Source: Candidatus Zixiibacteriota bacterium (GTDB taxonomy: Bacteria; Zixibacteria; MSB-5A5; GN15; JAAZOE01). From it: DNA of 54,288 nucleotides. The DNA lies in the NCBI GenBank assembly GCA_043819555.1, contig JBDREQ010000024.1, positions 1 through 54,288 of the forward strand. Reading direction: 5' to 3'. Shown here one piece after another: positions 17,192 to 26,182 of the stretch. Below the pieces are notes generated by a model. That model did not search any database, was not told the origin of the DNA, and saw nothing but the letters and a program-made list of their open reading frames with translations. The stretch's first letter is position 1; each line of letters opens with the position of its first letter. The translations under genes were made by a program, and so were the position numbers.

Positions 17192-20100
17192 ATGTCGAGC
17201 CGTGGTACAAAACCAATTCTTTGGGTTTTTATGGTATTCCTGATTACTGTTCTTATGGCGTCTTCAATATATTGTGCGTCAGTGGGCCGTATTAAAGGAA
17301 CTGTAACTGACGAAAAAACCGGAGAGCCGTTGTACGGTGTTTCCATTCAAATCAAAGGCACTAATAGCGGCGCCAAAACTGATATGGATGGGAACTTCGT
17401 TATTTTATCGGTTCCGCCCGGTACTTACACCTTATCATTTTCATCAGTGGGTTATCAAAGCATTGATTTGACTGATGTGGAAGTCAGTACTGACCAGACT
17501 ACCGAGAGGAATCAGCAGCTTAAAGAATCAGTTCTTGAAACTGGTCAGGTTACAACTGTAACTGGCAGGAGAAAAGGGATTGATTTTAACCAAACCGGGA
17601 CGGTTTCGGTTAAAACGCAAGAAGCCATTCAGCAAGCGCCCGTACAGACGGTTGATGATTTGCTGGCCCGCGAAACGGGAATCACCGTTGATCAGGAGGG
17701 GAAATTGCATATTCGCGGCGGCCGCGCCGGCGAAACTAACTATCTTGTTGACGGCGTTAGCTACTCAGACCCTCTTGGAGGACGAGCTCCAGTTGATGCC
17801 GGCATCAATATTTCGTCATCGGCGGTTTTGGAGCTGAAGGTTATTAAAGATGGCTTTGATCCCGAATATGGCGAGGCTCTCTCGGGCGTTGTGACGATCA
17901 CTTCCCCGGAAGGTTCATCCCAAAAAACTCGCTCGCGTGTACAGTTTTATACCGACGATTTCGGCAGCAAAGACCTCAATAAGTATTCCGAAAATTACGA
18001 TATCCTTGAGTTTATCATGAGCGGCCCCGACCCTTTATTAACCAGCCGCATTTTACCGGCCATCGGGATAAATTATTTCGAGGATAAATCGTTTACATTC
18101 TATATGTACAGTCGGGCCTATAAAACCGATTCACGTTTGGCATATTGGAAATACAATACTCCCGGCACCCAGAAGGCTTATCCGGACTATAGTATTTTAG
18201 GACTTGACATACCGGAAAGACAGCAAAACATATATAATCTCGATTTTACTCTAGCATACGATCCAACGAGCAATATGCACGTTAAGGGTCTTTATAAGGG
18301 TACCTGGAGAAAATATACTAATTTCTCATGGGTACATCGCTATACTCCAGCCACGGCGGCTGTCAGCACCCAGAATACCAAAACCTTTTCGCTGCAAATG
18401 AAACAGGTTCTTTCAAAATCAACCGATTACGAGATAAATCTATCCTACTTTGGAACCGATTACATTCAAAAACCGGGCGACCCCAATCATCCGGGCGAGG
18501 GACTTGATCCCGATCAGTTTTTATTCACCGATGAATATGAGACTTACGATGATTTGAATGCAAATAATCAGTTTGACAGCTATGAACCGTTTTTGAATAT
18601 TTTTCCCGATTCGGTCAGACAGGGAACGATATATATACCCAACAGAAATGCAACCGATATCTTATTTTCAACAGACGATCAAATCGGTGGATTTTGGCAG
18701 GCCGAATTTGATCTGAATAACAATGGAATTATTGACGGTTATGAAGGTGAGCCGTATGTCGATATGAACGGCAACGGTATTTATGATATTGGTGATCGCC
18801 TCACAAAAGATGTAAACGGCAATCGCACTTATGATGAGATATATCGCGACGTTACTTCACCAACGGCGACAACTCGCAGCGAACCTTATATTGACGGTGA
18901 CTCGTGCCTTGGTGAGAAATTTATCGACATTAATCGAAATGGTATCTATGACCTTGGCATAGATAGATTTGTTACGGCTCTTGACCCGGCAATTAATATG
19001 GACCTTAACCGGAATAACCGATACGATGGTCCTAATGATCTCTGGGAGCCGGGCATTCCTTATATTGATTATAATGGGAATGGCATCTACGATCTTCCAA
19101 ATAATCGCTATGATCCAGGAGAACCATTTGTTGACCTAAATAAAAATGGAAAGCACGATTTGGGCGGAGATAATAATACCGCCTTTCTGAATTATGGATT
19201 TTTGCAGTCGGGTTCCTCAAATGAATGGGCCCATGAGAAAGTCGATAGATATACGGCCAAGGGTAACTTCAAAAAAGCAATCGGACGAGCCCACGAAATA
19301 AAAGCCGGTTTCGAATTTCGTGATGAAAAAGTAGGTGTATCGGTTATCGAAGGATTGCAGAGGAGAAACGACGATACTCTCGACACCAATCCGTATACTG
19401 GCCGCGGCCGCGTTAGAGACTTTTATTCTCGCACCCCCAAAGTTTTCGTTCTATATTTCCGTGATAAGATTGAGTATGGTTCGTTAGTCGCTTCGCTGGG
19501 AATGCGCGCCGATTTATTCTTCCAGTCCGATTTGAAGGGCACGCCTACAATTCAGGATCAAACCGGTCACCACATTCAGGATATTCGCAATAAGTTTTCA
19601 CCGCGAGTTTCAATAAACTACCCGATTTCTGAAAGAGCCATGGTACGCTTTAATTATGGCCACTTCTACGAACTTGCCAACTATGATCGCATGTTCAGAA
19701 GTGCCAATCCCTTCCAGAGCGGCAACGTGCCGGTAATTGGCAATCCAAATCTGGATTATACGAAAACTGTAAATTATACTTTTGGCGTTAATTACGCCTT
19801 TACCGACGAGTACTCAATTAAACTCTCCGGTTTTTATAAGGATTACTTTGATATAGTTGCCACATCGTCTTATGAACGCTCCGGTATAACGCTGTTTCAA
19901 TACTACGACAACACCGATTATGCCCGAGTTCGTGGATTCGAAATGGAACTGGGCCGAGAAGCGGCCCGCTTTGTAAATGGTATTCTCAGCTATGAATATT
20001 CCTTCGCATATGGAAAATCGTCATCTGATTCAGAGAATTATCAGCGTCTGGTGGCAGGCGATGATATCTCGATTGATGAAAATCCTTTAAATTGGGATAT

Positions 20101-20554
20101 TCGACATCGTGTTGGCCTCTGGCTCCAATTGTATTTCACAAATCGTGATCACCCCAAGCTATTCGGGATAGGCATACCAAATGATTGGGATATGTCGGTT
20201 TATTGGCGGTTCCAGAGCGGCTCTCCGTACACTCCGTCCCGTTCCTTCCCGAATATGTTCCTGGATGTTGGCGAAAGTCCTCTAACTAATTCAATGCGTA
20301 TGCCTTCGACTTCGAATACGGATATCAAGTTCCGTAAGCGGTTCCGTATTTCAGGCATGCAATATACATTTGAAGCCGAAGTAAAAAATCTTTTCGATAA
20401 TGAGAATATCGCATACGTGAGCAGCTCTACCGGCCGTCCCGACACCAATAATAATCAAAGCGGTATCATCGGCGGAGGGACTGAGTATGACGCAAATCCC
20501 GGTAATTGGGCACGCGGGCGTCAAATTGTACTGGGCTTTGGAGTTCAATTCTAA
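17192..20554 (+). CDS. TonB-dependent receptor with N-terminal carboxypeptidase-regulatory-like domain and Ca-binding repeat insert
   Basis: ATG 17192 after GAGGAGG; G.I.G.VTD..TGEPL domain; plug HIRGGRAGE..YLVDG; FSPRVS, GNPNL, RGFE; C-terminal Phe. Confidence 0.9.
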   Translation: MSSRGTKPILWVFMVFLITVLMASSIYCASVGRIKGTVTDEKTGEPLYGVSIQIKGTNSGAKTDMDGNFVILSVPPGTYTLSFSSVGYQSIDLTDVEVSTDQTTERNQQLKESVLETGQVTTVTGRRKGIDFNQTGTVSVKTQEAIQQAPVQTVDDLLARETGITVDQEGKLHIRGGRAGETNYLVDGVSYSDPLGGRAPVDAGINISSSAVLELKVIKDGFDPEYGEALSGVVTITSPEGSSQKTRSRVQFYTDDFGSKDLNKYSENYDILEFIMSGPDPLLTSRILPAIGINYFEDKSFTFYMYSRAYKTDSRLAYWKYNTPGTQKAYPDYSILGLDIPERQQNIYNLDFTLAYDPTSNMHVKGLYKGTWRKYTNFSWVHRYTPATAAVSTQNTKTFSLQMKQVLSKSTDYEINLSYFGTDYIQKPGDPNHPGEGLDPDQFLFTDEYETYDDLNANNQFDSYEPFLNIFPDSVRQGTIYIPNRNATDILFSTDDQIGGFWQAEFDLNNNGIIDGYEGEPYVDMNGNGIYDIGDRLTKDVNGNRTYDEIYRDVTSPTATTRSEPYIDGDSCLGEKFIDINRNGIYDLGIDRFVTALDPAINMDLNRNNRYDGPNDLWEPGIPYIDYNGNGIYDLPNNRYDPGEPFVDLNKNGKHDLGGDNNTAFLNYGFLQSGSSNEWAHEKVDRYTAKGNFKKAIGRAHEIKAGFEFRDEKVGVSVIEGLQRRNDDTLDTNPYTGRGRVRDFYSRTPKVFVLYFRDKIEYGSLVASLGMRADLFFQSDLKGTPTIQDQTGHHIQDIRNKFSPRVSINYPISERAMVRFNYGHFYELANYDRMFRSANPFQSGNVPVIGNPNLDYTKTVNYTFGVNYAFTDEYSIKLSGFYKDYFDIVATSSYERSGITLFQYYDNTDYARVRGFEMELGREAARFVNGILSYEYSFAYGKSSSDSENYQRLVAGDDISIDENPLNWDIRHRVGLWLQLYFTNRDHPKLFGIGIPNDWDMSVYWRFQSGSPYTPSRSFPNMFLDVGESPLTNSMRMPSTSNTDIKFRKRFRISGMQYTFEAEVKNLFDNENIAYVSSSTGRPDTNNNQSGIIGGGTEYDANPGNWARGRQIVLGFGVQF

Positions 20555-20597
20555 TTATGAAAAAGAATCTGCCGTTTGATATAGAAGCAATGGGAGA

Positions 20598-21563
20598 ATG
20601 CAGATGAAAGTTGAAAGAAAAATATCGGCATATAAACTTACCCTATTATGCTTTGTGGTAATGTTAGCGATCTATTTGCCGGCTGATGTTTACGGCCAGG
20701 CAAAGGTGGGTACCGCTGGGGCTAAATTCCTTGATATCGGAGTATCGGCCAGGGCAATGGGGATGGGCGAGGCTTATTCAGCTATCGCCAATGATGTTTC
20801 GGCCATTTATTACAATCCGGCCGGTTTGACTCAGATGTTTTCCCGGGAGGCAATGTTTACCCGGATAGATTATCCCGCTGGAATAACTTATGATTTCATG
20901 GCCGTGGCTTTCCCGGTTGAAATGATATCGGGAGTATTGGGATTCGGTTTTTATACTCTGAATTCAGGGGAAATACCATATACGACCTATGCTAATCCGG
21001 ATGGTACGGGAGAAATGTTTTTCGCCAATGATTATGCAGCGACGCTTACTTACGCCCGAAGTCTTACAGAGCATTTTTCACTGGGCATAACATTTAAGAT
21101 GCTGGGTGAATACTATGACAATGAATCCGCAAATGGCTGGGCGGCCGATGTGGGAACGCTGTATGATACTGGTTATCGAGGATTCAAAATTGCCATGAGT
21201 ATTGTAAATTTCGGCCCGGATATGACAATGATTGATCAATCATATCCTGTACCGATTAATTTCAAGTTTGGCAGTTCATTCAATTTTATTGAGGATCCGG
21301 ATCATTTGGCGGTATTTGCCCTTGAGGGAGCTCATCCTTCGGATAATTTGGAGCAGTACAATGCCGGTGTGGAATACTGGTATCTCGAGAAATTCTCCCT
21401 CAGAATCGGAAATAGATTCAATTATGACTCGGACGGACTAACTTTTGGCGGCGGTCTGAAATGGCCGCTGGGTGAAACCAGCGAATTAAGAATCGATTAC
21501 AGTTACCAGGATATGCGCTTTCTGCGAGAGATTCATAGATTTTCGTTTTCGATGGCCTTTTAA
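20598..21563 (+). CDS. PorV/PorQ-family (FadL-like) outer-membrane barrel
   Basis: GTAGAKFLDIGVSARAMGMGEA...A..YNPAGL; C-terminal HRFSFSMAF. Confidence 0.85.
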   Translation: MQMKVERKISAYKLTLLCFVVMLAIYLPADVYGQAKVGTAGAKFLDIGVSARAMGMGEAYSAIANDVSAIYYNPAGLTQMFSREAMFTRIDYPAGITYDFMAVAFPVEMISGVLGFGFYTLNSGEIPYTTYANPDGTGEMFFANDYAATLTYARSLTEHFSLGITFKMLGEYYDNESANGWAADVGTLYDTGYRGFKIAMSIVNFGPDMTMIDQSYPVPINFKFGSSFNFIEDPDHLAVFALEGAHPSDNLEQYNAGVEYWYLEKFSLRIGNRFNYDSDGLTFGGGLKWPLGETSELRIDYSYQDMRFLREIHRFSFSMAF

Positions 21564-21600
21564 GGAGTAAAGCATGTTTAGAAATTCTGGAGGATATAAA

Positions 21601-23706
21601 ATGTCTGCGATTCGTCTGCCGATTATCTTGGGCCTGGCCGCGATTGTCCTGGCATTGATAATTAATATCGGATGTTCACCCGATCGGACCGGAACGGCCA
21701 CACCAAATTCGGCGCCGCAAGTATTTATAGTAAATACTCCACCCGATAGCGCCCAATTCTCGCGTAACCCGGAACTAAACTGGTACGCGACCGATATAGA
21801 TGGATACATCGCATTCTTCCGTTTTGCGGTTATTATTGATACCAACTTAATCCTGAATGGCCAATTGGTTGCGCCGGAAATTTTCATTGAGCAAGCGACT
21901 GATGCCGATTTTGGATGGGATACTTTGGAGGTTACCCTTGATCGTCCGCAATCAACAGCTACAATCAGGCTTTACGGAGATACTCTTGATCCCGTCAATG
22001 TTTTCACCAAGCAGTATTTCTTTGTACAGGCGGAAGATGATCAGGGCGCTTTGTCTGAAATCCAGTACCGGATGTATTCGCGAAACAACAATTATCCTAA
22101 TACACATATAGGTGGAGGTACTACCTTCATTAATGCCATTGATGCCAATTCCCCAGCCCCCGGAGTTCGCATGTCATGGTGGGGCGCCGATTCAACCGAC
22201 TGGGGTCGAGCCGATCCGCCGCTCGAATATGAATGGCGGCTATATGGTCCGTTTGACGTGAACGATGATGTGATCGTTAATTTGGTCGAGGAAAACTGTA
22301 CATATGATCCGACCACCAATAGTTACATCAATTGTGAGGAAGTCCATGTCCTGGATTTAACGACAATTCCCGATACTATCTATGTCAATGTCGGAACCGC
22401 GCAAAATCCTCAGTATATCGGTAAAGCGCAGCCCGTAATCAGATCGAGAGGTCCCAATTACGCAATCGATAAATCCGACGTTTGGGTCACTGATCGGGAA
22501 ACAAGACTATATAATGTTTTCGAAGGATTAGATCTGGCCCTTAGTAATAGATTTAAGTTCATCTTCTGGGTCCGATGCCGGGATGACGGTTTTGTCCCTG
22601 ATCCATCTCCTTCATTCGGTCAGTTTTACCTATATGAAGCGAAATTTGAACGTAACGTTCTATTATTTGATGAAAGCGGATATACTTCTACCGATGGCCG
22701 CTGGCACCCTAAAGCAATGGATACGACCAAAGCCGTTTATTACAACCTAATACAAAATGCGGGCTTCACTAGTTTTGATACATTGCAGTCTGGAAAAGAC
22801 TTTTTCAATAGGAGTGCTTATGGTGGTCCGACGTTGAATTATATTGGCGTTAAGAAGCCAAACCTTGTGGATTTATTATCACACAAAATTATCGTCTATA
22901 ATGCTGATTATGCATCCGGCGGGCTCGATGAAAGCGGTGCCGGTGCACTCAATGGAAACGGCGGATTCGGGATCTATTTTGCTCTCGATATGGGGGCGAG
23001 TGGGGTTGTCTTTGCCCGAAATATCGGCAATGTTCCTGAAGGTGAAAGTGAACCTTATGCCCGTTATGAAATGAGTCTCAATTTTCGACAGCGTTTTGGG
23101 ATCATTGCTACGAATATAGAACCATGGCTTTATTATGTTGTAAGCCGGGACTACATTATGAATCCATTGTTTACAGAGGAATTTATTGGTGTCTATTCTA
23201 ATCATGGTGATTATCCGAGTATTGATTTAAGTTATGGTGAAGGATCTCTGCAGGATAAGCGCTATCTCAGATGGCTATTTAGCCCTAATTATATTTTGGA
23301 CGGTTCGCCTGAAATTGGTGTTTGCGAAAAGACGCAATATGCCGCTCCTCTTTATCTTTATCTGTCAAAATATGGTGATGAGTCCAGATTTCACGGCAAA
23401 GTTTGCGCAGTTCGTCAGCAAATCGGCGATATGAGAACGGCCGCGTTTTTGTTTACGCCTTTGGCAATGGATCCCGAACCCATGCAGGAAACCTTTAGCA
23501 CTACTATGGATTGGCTTTATGAGAAATTCGCTGCCGATGAATCAGCGACAAGCCAAAGTTCTTCCGGACCTCAATCATCATATTCCGACATTGCCGAGCG
23601 ACGCGAACGGATCAATCAATTCTTGTATTATCTTGATAATTTCGCGACCCCGGAAGAGAGAGAGATGTATGGGGTTAATATCAGGCCGGTGGTTGTCAAG
23701 CAGTAG
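21601..23706 (+). CDS. Large hypothetical lipoprotein (Ig-like domains plus C-terminal alpha/beta domain)
   Basis: ATG 21601 after GGAGG; lipobox NIG-C; NxxP..W...D.DG and F.V...DD.G Ig-type motifs twice. Confidence 0.75.
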   Translation: MSAIRLPIILGLAAIVLALIINIGCSPDRTGTATPNSAPQVFIVNTPPDSAQFSRNPELNWYATDIDGYIAFFRFAVIIDTNLILNGQLVAPEIFIEQATDADFGWDTLEVTLDRPQSTATIRLYGDTLDPVNVFTKQYFFVQAEDDQGALSEIQYRMYSRNNNYPNTHIGGGTTFINAIDANSPAPGVRMSWWGADSTDWGRADPPLEYEWRLYGPFDVNDDVIVNLVEENCTYDPTTNSYINCEEVHVLDLTTIPDTIYVNVGTAQNPQYIGKAQPVIRSRGPNYAIDKSDVWVTDRETRLYNVFEGLDLALSNRFKFIFWVRCRDDGFVPDPSPSFGQFYLYEAKFERNVLLFDESGYTSTDGRWHPKAMDTTKAVYYNLIQNAGFTSFDTLQSGKDFFNRSAYGGPTLNYIGVKKPNLVDLLSHKIIVYNADYASGGLDESGAGALNGNGGFGIYFALDMGASGVVFARNIGNVPEGESEPYARYEMSLNFRQRFGIIATNIEPWLYYVVSRDYIMNPLFTEEFIGVYSNHGDYPSIDLSYGEGSLQDKRYLRWLFSPNYILDGSPEIGVCEKTQYAAPLYLYLSKYGDESRFHGKVCAVRQQIGDMRTAAFLFTPLAMDPEPMQETFSTTMDWLYEKFAADESATSQSSSGPQSSYSDIAERRERINQFLYYLDNFATPEEREMYGVNIRPVVVKQ

Positions 23707-23729
23707 TTCCTGTCAATAAAAGTAACAAC

Positions 23730-23757
23730 AAAAAGCCCGCTTTGGAGCGGGCTTTTT
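23730..23757. terminator. Bidirectional intrinsic terminator between convergent genes
   Basis: AAAAA-GCCCGCT-ttgg-AGCGGGC-TTTTT. Confidence 0.88.
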
Positions 23758-23772
23758 ATTTAACCACTTTGA

Positions 23773-25896
23773 TTAATTATCAGGCCATTTTCCGATGTAA
23801 ATCTCAGCCAAAGAATCCGCTTCGCGATTTTGCCCCAGAGAGCGGTACCCTGAAATCAAATTAATGAAAGCTTCCTTAAAATCCGAATCTAATTCAATCG
23901 CATTTCGGGAAAATTGAATAGATTTATTGAATTCTCCGCTCATTCCGAATAAATATCCGAGTTGATAATTTGCCAGCTTCAATATTTTTGCATTTTCAAA
24001 ATCCTCATCGCCAATAGCCTGCTTAAATGAAATGCTGCGTGGCTGCTCATTAATAGATTCAATCGCCTGTAAATGATTATTAATCGCCTCTGATATACGC
24101 CCGAGATTAGACAAATACAATGCTTCTTCGAACAAATAAAAGGGATTTTTGTAAAGATAACGCCTACTCGTCTTACGAGTTTCTTCGGCCATATTCCTGG
24201 CGGATTCATCTTCAACGTCCACCACCGCCCGCAGTAGATTAACGGCAGCTTCTTTATAATATGGTTTTTCCTTTAATGCCATTGTCGCATAATAAAGAGC
24301 CGAATCATATGATTGGTTTATCAAATGCATTGCCGCCAGATTATTTGCCGCCTCCGATGATTTGGGATTATAAAGCAACTCCTTATCAAAACAGCGTATC
24401 GCTTCCTGAGTATTCCCCGTTTTTAAATTTGCGATGCCAAGGTTAACATAGCCGTTTTTAAACAGAGGATTAATATTCACCAGAGAATCAAATCTTGATA
24501 TGGCGGTTTGGTAATCGCCGGCCCGCAGGGATTGATTGCCCCGTATATAGAGAGCCTGATTATCATCTCTCCTGACCGTCACGGGAGAAAGGCCGGATGA
24601 TGCGAATATGAATAGAAGCATCGCCACAATCGAAATCACGGATCGCGATATCTTTTTACCCAGCCGAAAATTGTCATAGATGGAACTTATGCCACATCCC
24701 CCAATGATGCATAGCAAGGGTACAACTGGCATCCTGAAGCGTGAACTGATAAAGAAAAATGATATCGCCATCCCAAAGAGCACAATTAATAAATACAAAG
24801 GCATTACAGATTTGCGAGCGTTATCGAAAAATAAAGGCACAATTGCCAATCCCAGAATGAATACCAGCGATACTGGAAATTTTGATAATATCTTATTATC
24901 AAACACCGTTATTCCCAGGGGAACATTATTGGATATTTCATTTCCAGAAAAGAAAAGCAGTAATTTCCTGAAATACGATTTGGCAAATTGGCCCGGATGC
25001 GATAAAATATAATCAATTCCCTTGCCCAGCCAATATCTTGATTGAGCGCCGTATTTAATCTCTTCTCCAGTTTCATTTTGTGAGATATAATCAGCATCTT
25101 CCAAAGTCCACTCTCTGCCAAATGGCGGCAATATGGCCGAGACACCGTCGGCCCCAGGATTATTGCCAATATAGAAGTTTATGCCGCCCTGATATGAAAT
25201 TGGAATTAACTGATTTGACGTGATGTTGTTAATTATGGTAACAGGTGCGATTGTAATCAATCCCACCATAATAAATACTGACACCGGTTTTAGATTTAAT
25301 CGATCAGTTTTTTCTCGTCTGGCTAGTTTAAAATATCCATAGATTATTACAGGCAAAAATATAAGTATAGTCGGCCGGGTGATTGCCGCAAGTCCGAAAA
25401 ACAATCCGGCCAATAACGCGGATTTAATATCATTCTCCCTCAAATAAAAATAATAAACAAGCATTGATAGCAGGGTGAATAGCGAATCCAGAAGCAATTC
25501 GCCTTCGAAATAAGTGGTCAGTGGGTAGGCCAAATAAATCAACGAAGCGCAAACCGCGGACGCTTTGTTTGACATCTTATTCCCGATCTTAAAAATAATC
25601 CCGATTGTCAGGCACCCCAACGCCAGCTGGATGATTCGCACGAAAATTAAAGATCCGGATGATACTTTTAGAAGTATGGCCAGAAAATAGGAGTAAAAAG
25701 GCGCTCGGAAATAGGGCGCATTGGTTAGTAAATCGCCCTGACTGATTGCCATCGCCCATTTATAATGATAAAGCTCATCTATCGATAATGCCGCGGGCAA
25801 ATTCGCGTCCTGAATGCCCCATAATAGATATATCGATTTTACAGTGATCGATATCCCGAAAATTATAATCAATAGTCTGTCAAATCGATTTTCCAT
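23773..25896 (-). CDS. GT-C fold (PMT/ArnT, GT39/83-like) membrane glycosyltransferase with C-terminal TPRs
   Basis: DE motif after TM1 (SIDELYH), RAPFYSYFLA, ITRPT, GGINFYIGNNP, SRFRMP; many TM helices; TPR-like repeats (GYVNLG, AANNLA, ANYQLG, AFINL). Confidence 0.82.
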   Translation of the reverse strand: MENRFDRLLIIIFGISITVKSIYLLWGIQDANLPAALSIDELYHYKWAMAISQGDLLTNAPYFRAPFYSYFLAILLKVSSGSLIFVRIIQLALGCLTIGIIFKIGNKMSNKASAVCASLIYLAYPLTTYFEGELLLDSLFTLLSMLVYYFYLRENDIKSALLAGLFFGLAAITRPTILIFLPVIIYGYFKLARREKTDRLNLKPVSVFIMVGLITIAPVTIINNITSNQLIPISYQGGINFYIGNNPGADGVSAILPPFGREWTLEDADYISQNETGEEIKYGAQSRYWLGKGIDYILSHPGQFAKSYFRKLLLFFSGNEISNNVPLGITVFDNKILSKFPVSLVFILGLAIVPLFFDNARKSVMPLYLLIVLFGMAISFFFISSRFRMPVVPLLCIIGGCGISSIYDNFRLGKKISRSVISIVAMLLFIFASSGLSPVTVRRDDNQALYIRGNQSLRAGDYQTAISRFDSLVNINPLFKNGYVNLGIANLKTGNTQEAIRCFDKELLYNPKSSEAANNLAAMHLINQSYDSALYYATMALKEKPYYKEAAVNLLRAVVDVEDESARNMAEETRKTSRRYLYKNPFYLFEEALYLSNLGRISEAINNHLQAIESINEQPRSISFKQAIGDEDFENAKILKLANYQLGYLFGMSGEFNKSIQFSRNAIELDSDFKEAFINLISGYRSLGQNREADSLAEIYIGKWPDN

Positions 25897-26128
25897 CAAA
25901 GAAGTATAATAACACCTCCAAAGATTCAGCAAGGATTAAACATGATCCTATATGCAATATCCATCATTTATGAAAAACTTTGCAGAACCAGGGCAGTTTC
26001 AGACCAACCGTACCCATAATTCATTCACTCTGGTTAACTCGTTGTCGTACAATTAAATTGATTGGCAAGCGTTTAATTCTTGCACAGATATCCACATGGC
26101 AAATCCCATAAATGCACTCAAAAATCAA

Positions 26129-26144
26129 TGGCATATCAATTGCA
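26129..26144 (+). promoter_or_regulatory. sigma54 (-24/-12) promoter upstream of the protease pair
   Basis: TGGCATATCAATTGCA matches TGGCAC-N5-TTGCW with exact GG-N10-GC spacing, about 40 nt upstream of a GGAGG-preceded ATG. Confidence 0.65.
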
Positions 26145-26182
26145 CGAACACGAGTGGAACCACTTTTTGAGGAGGCAAGAAG

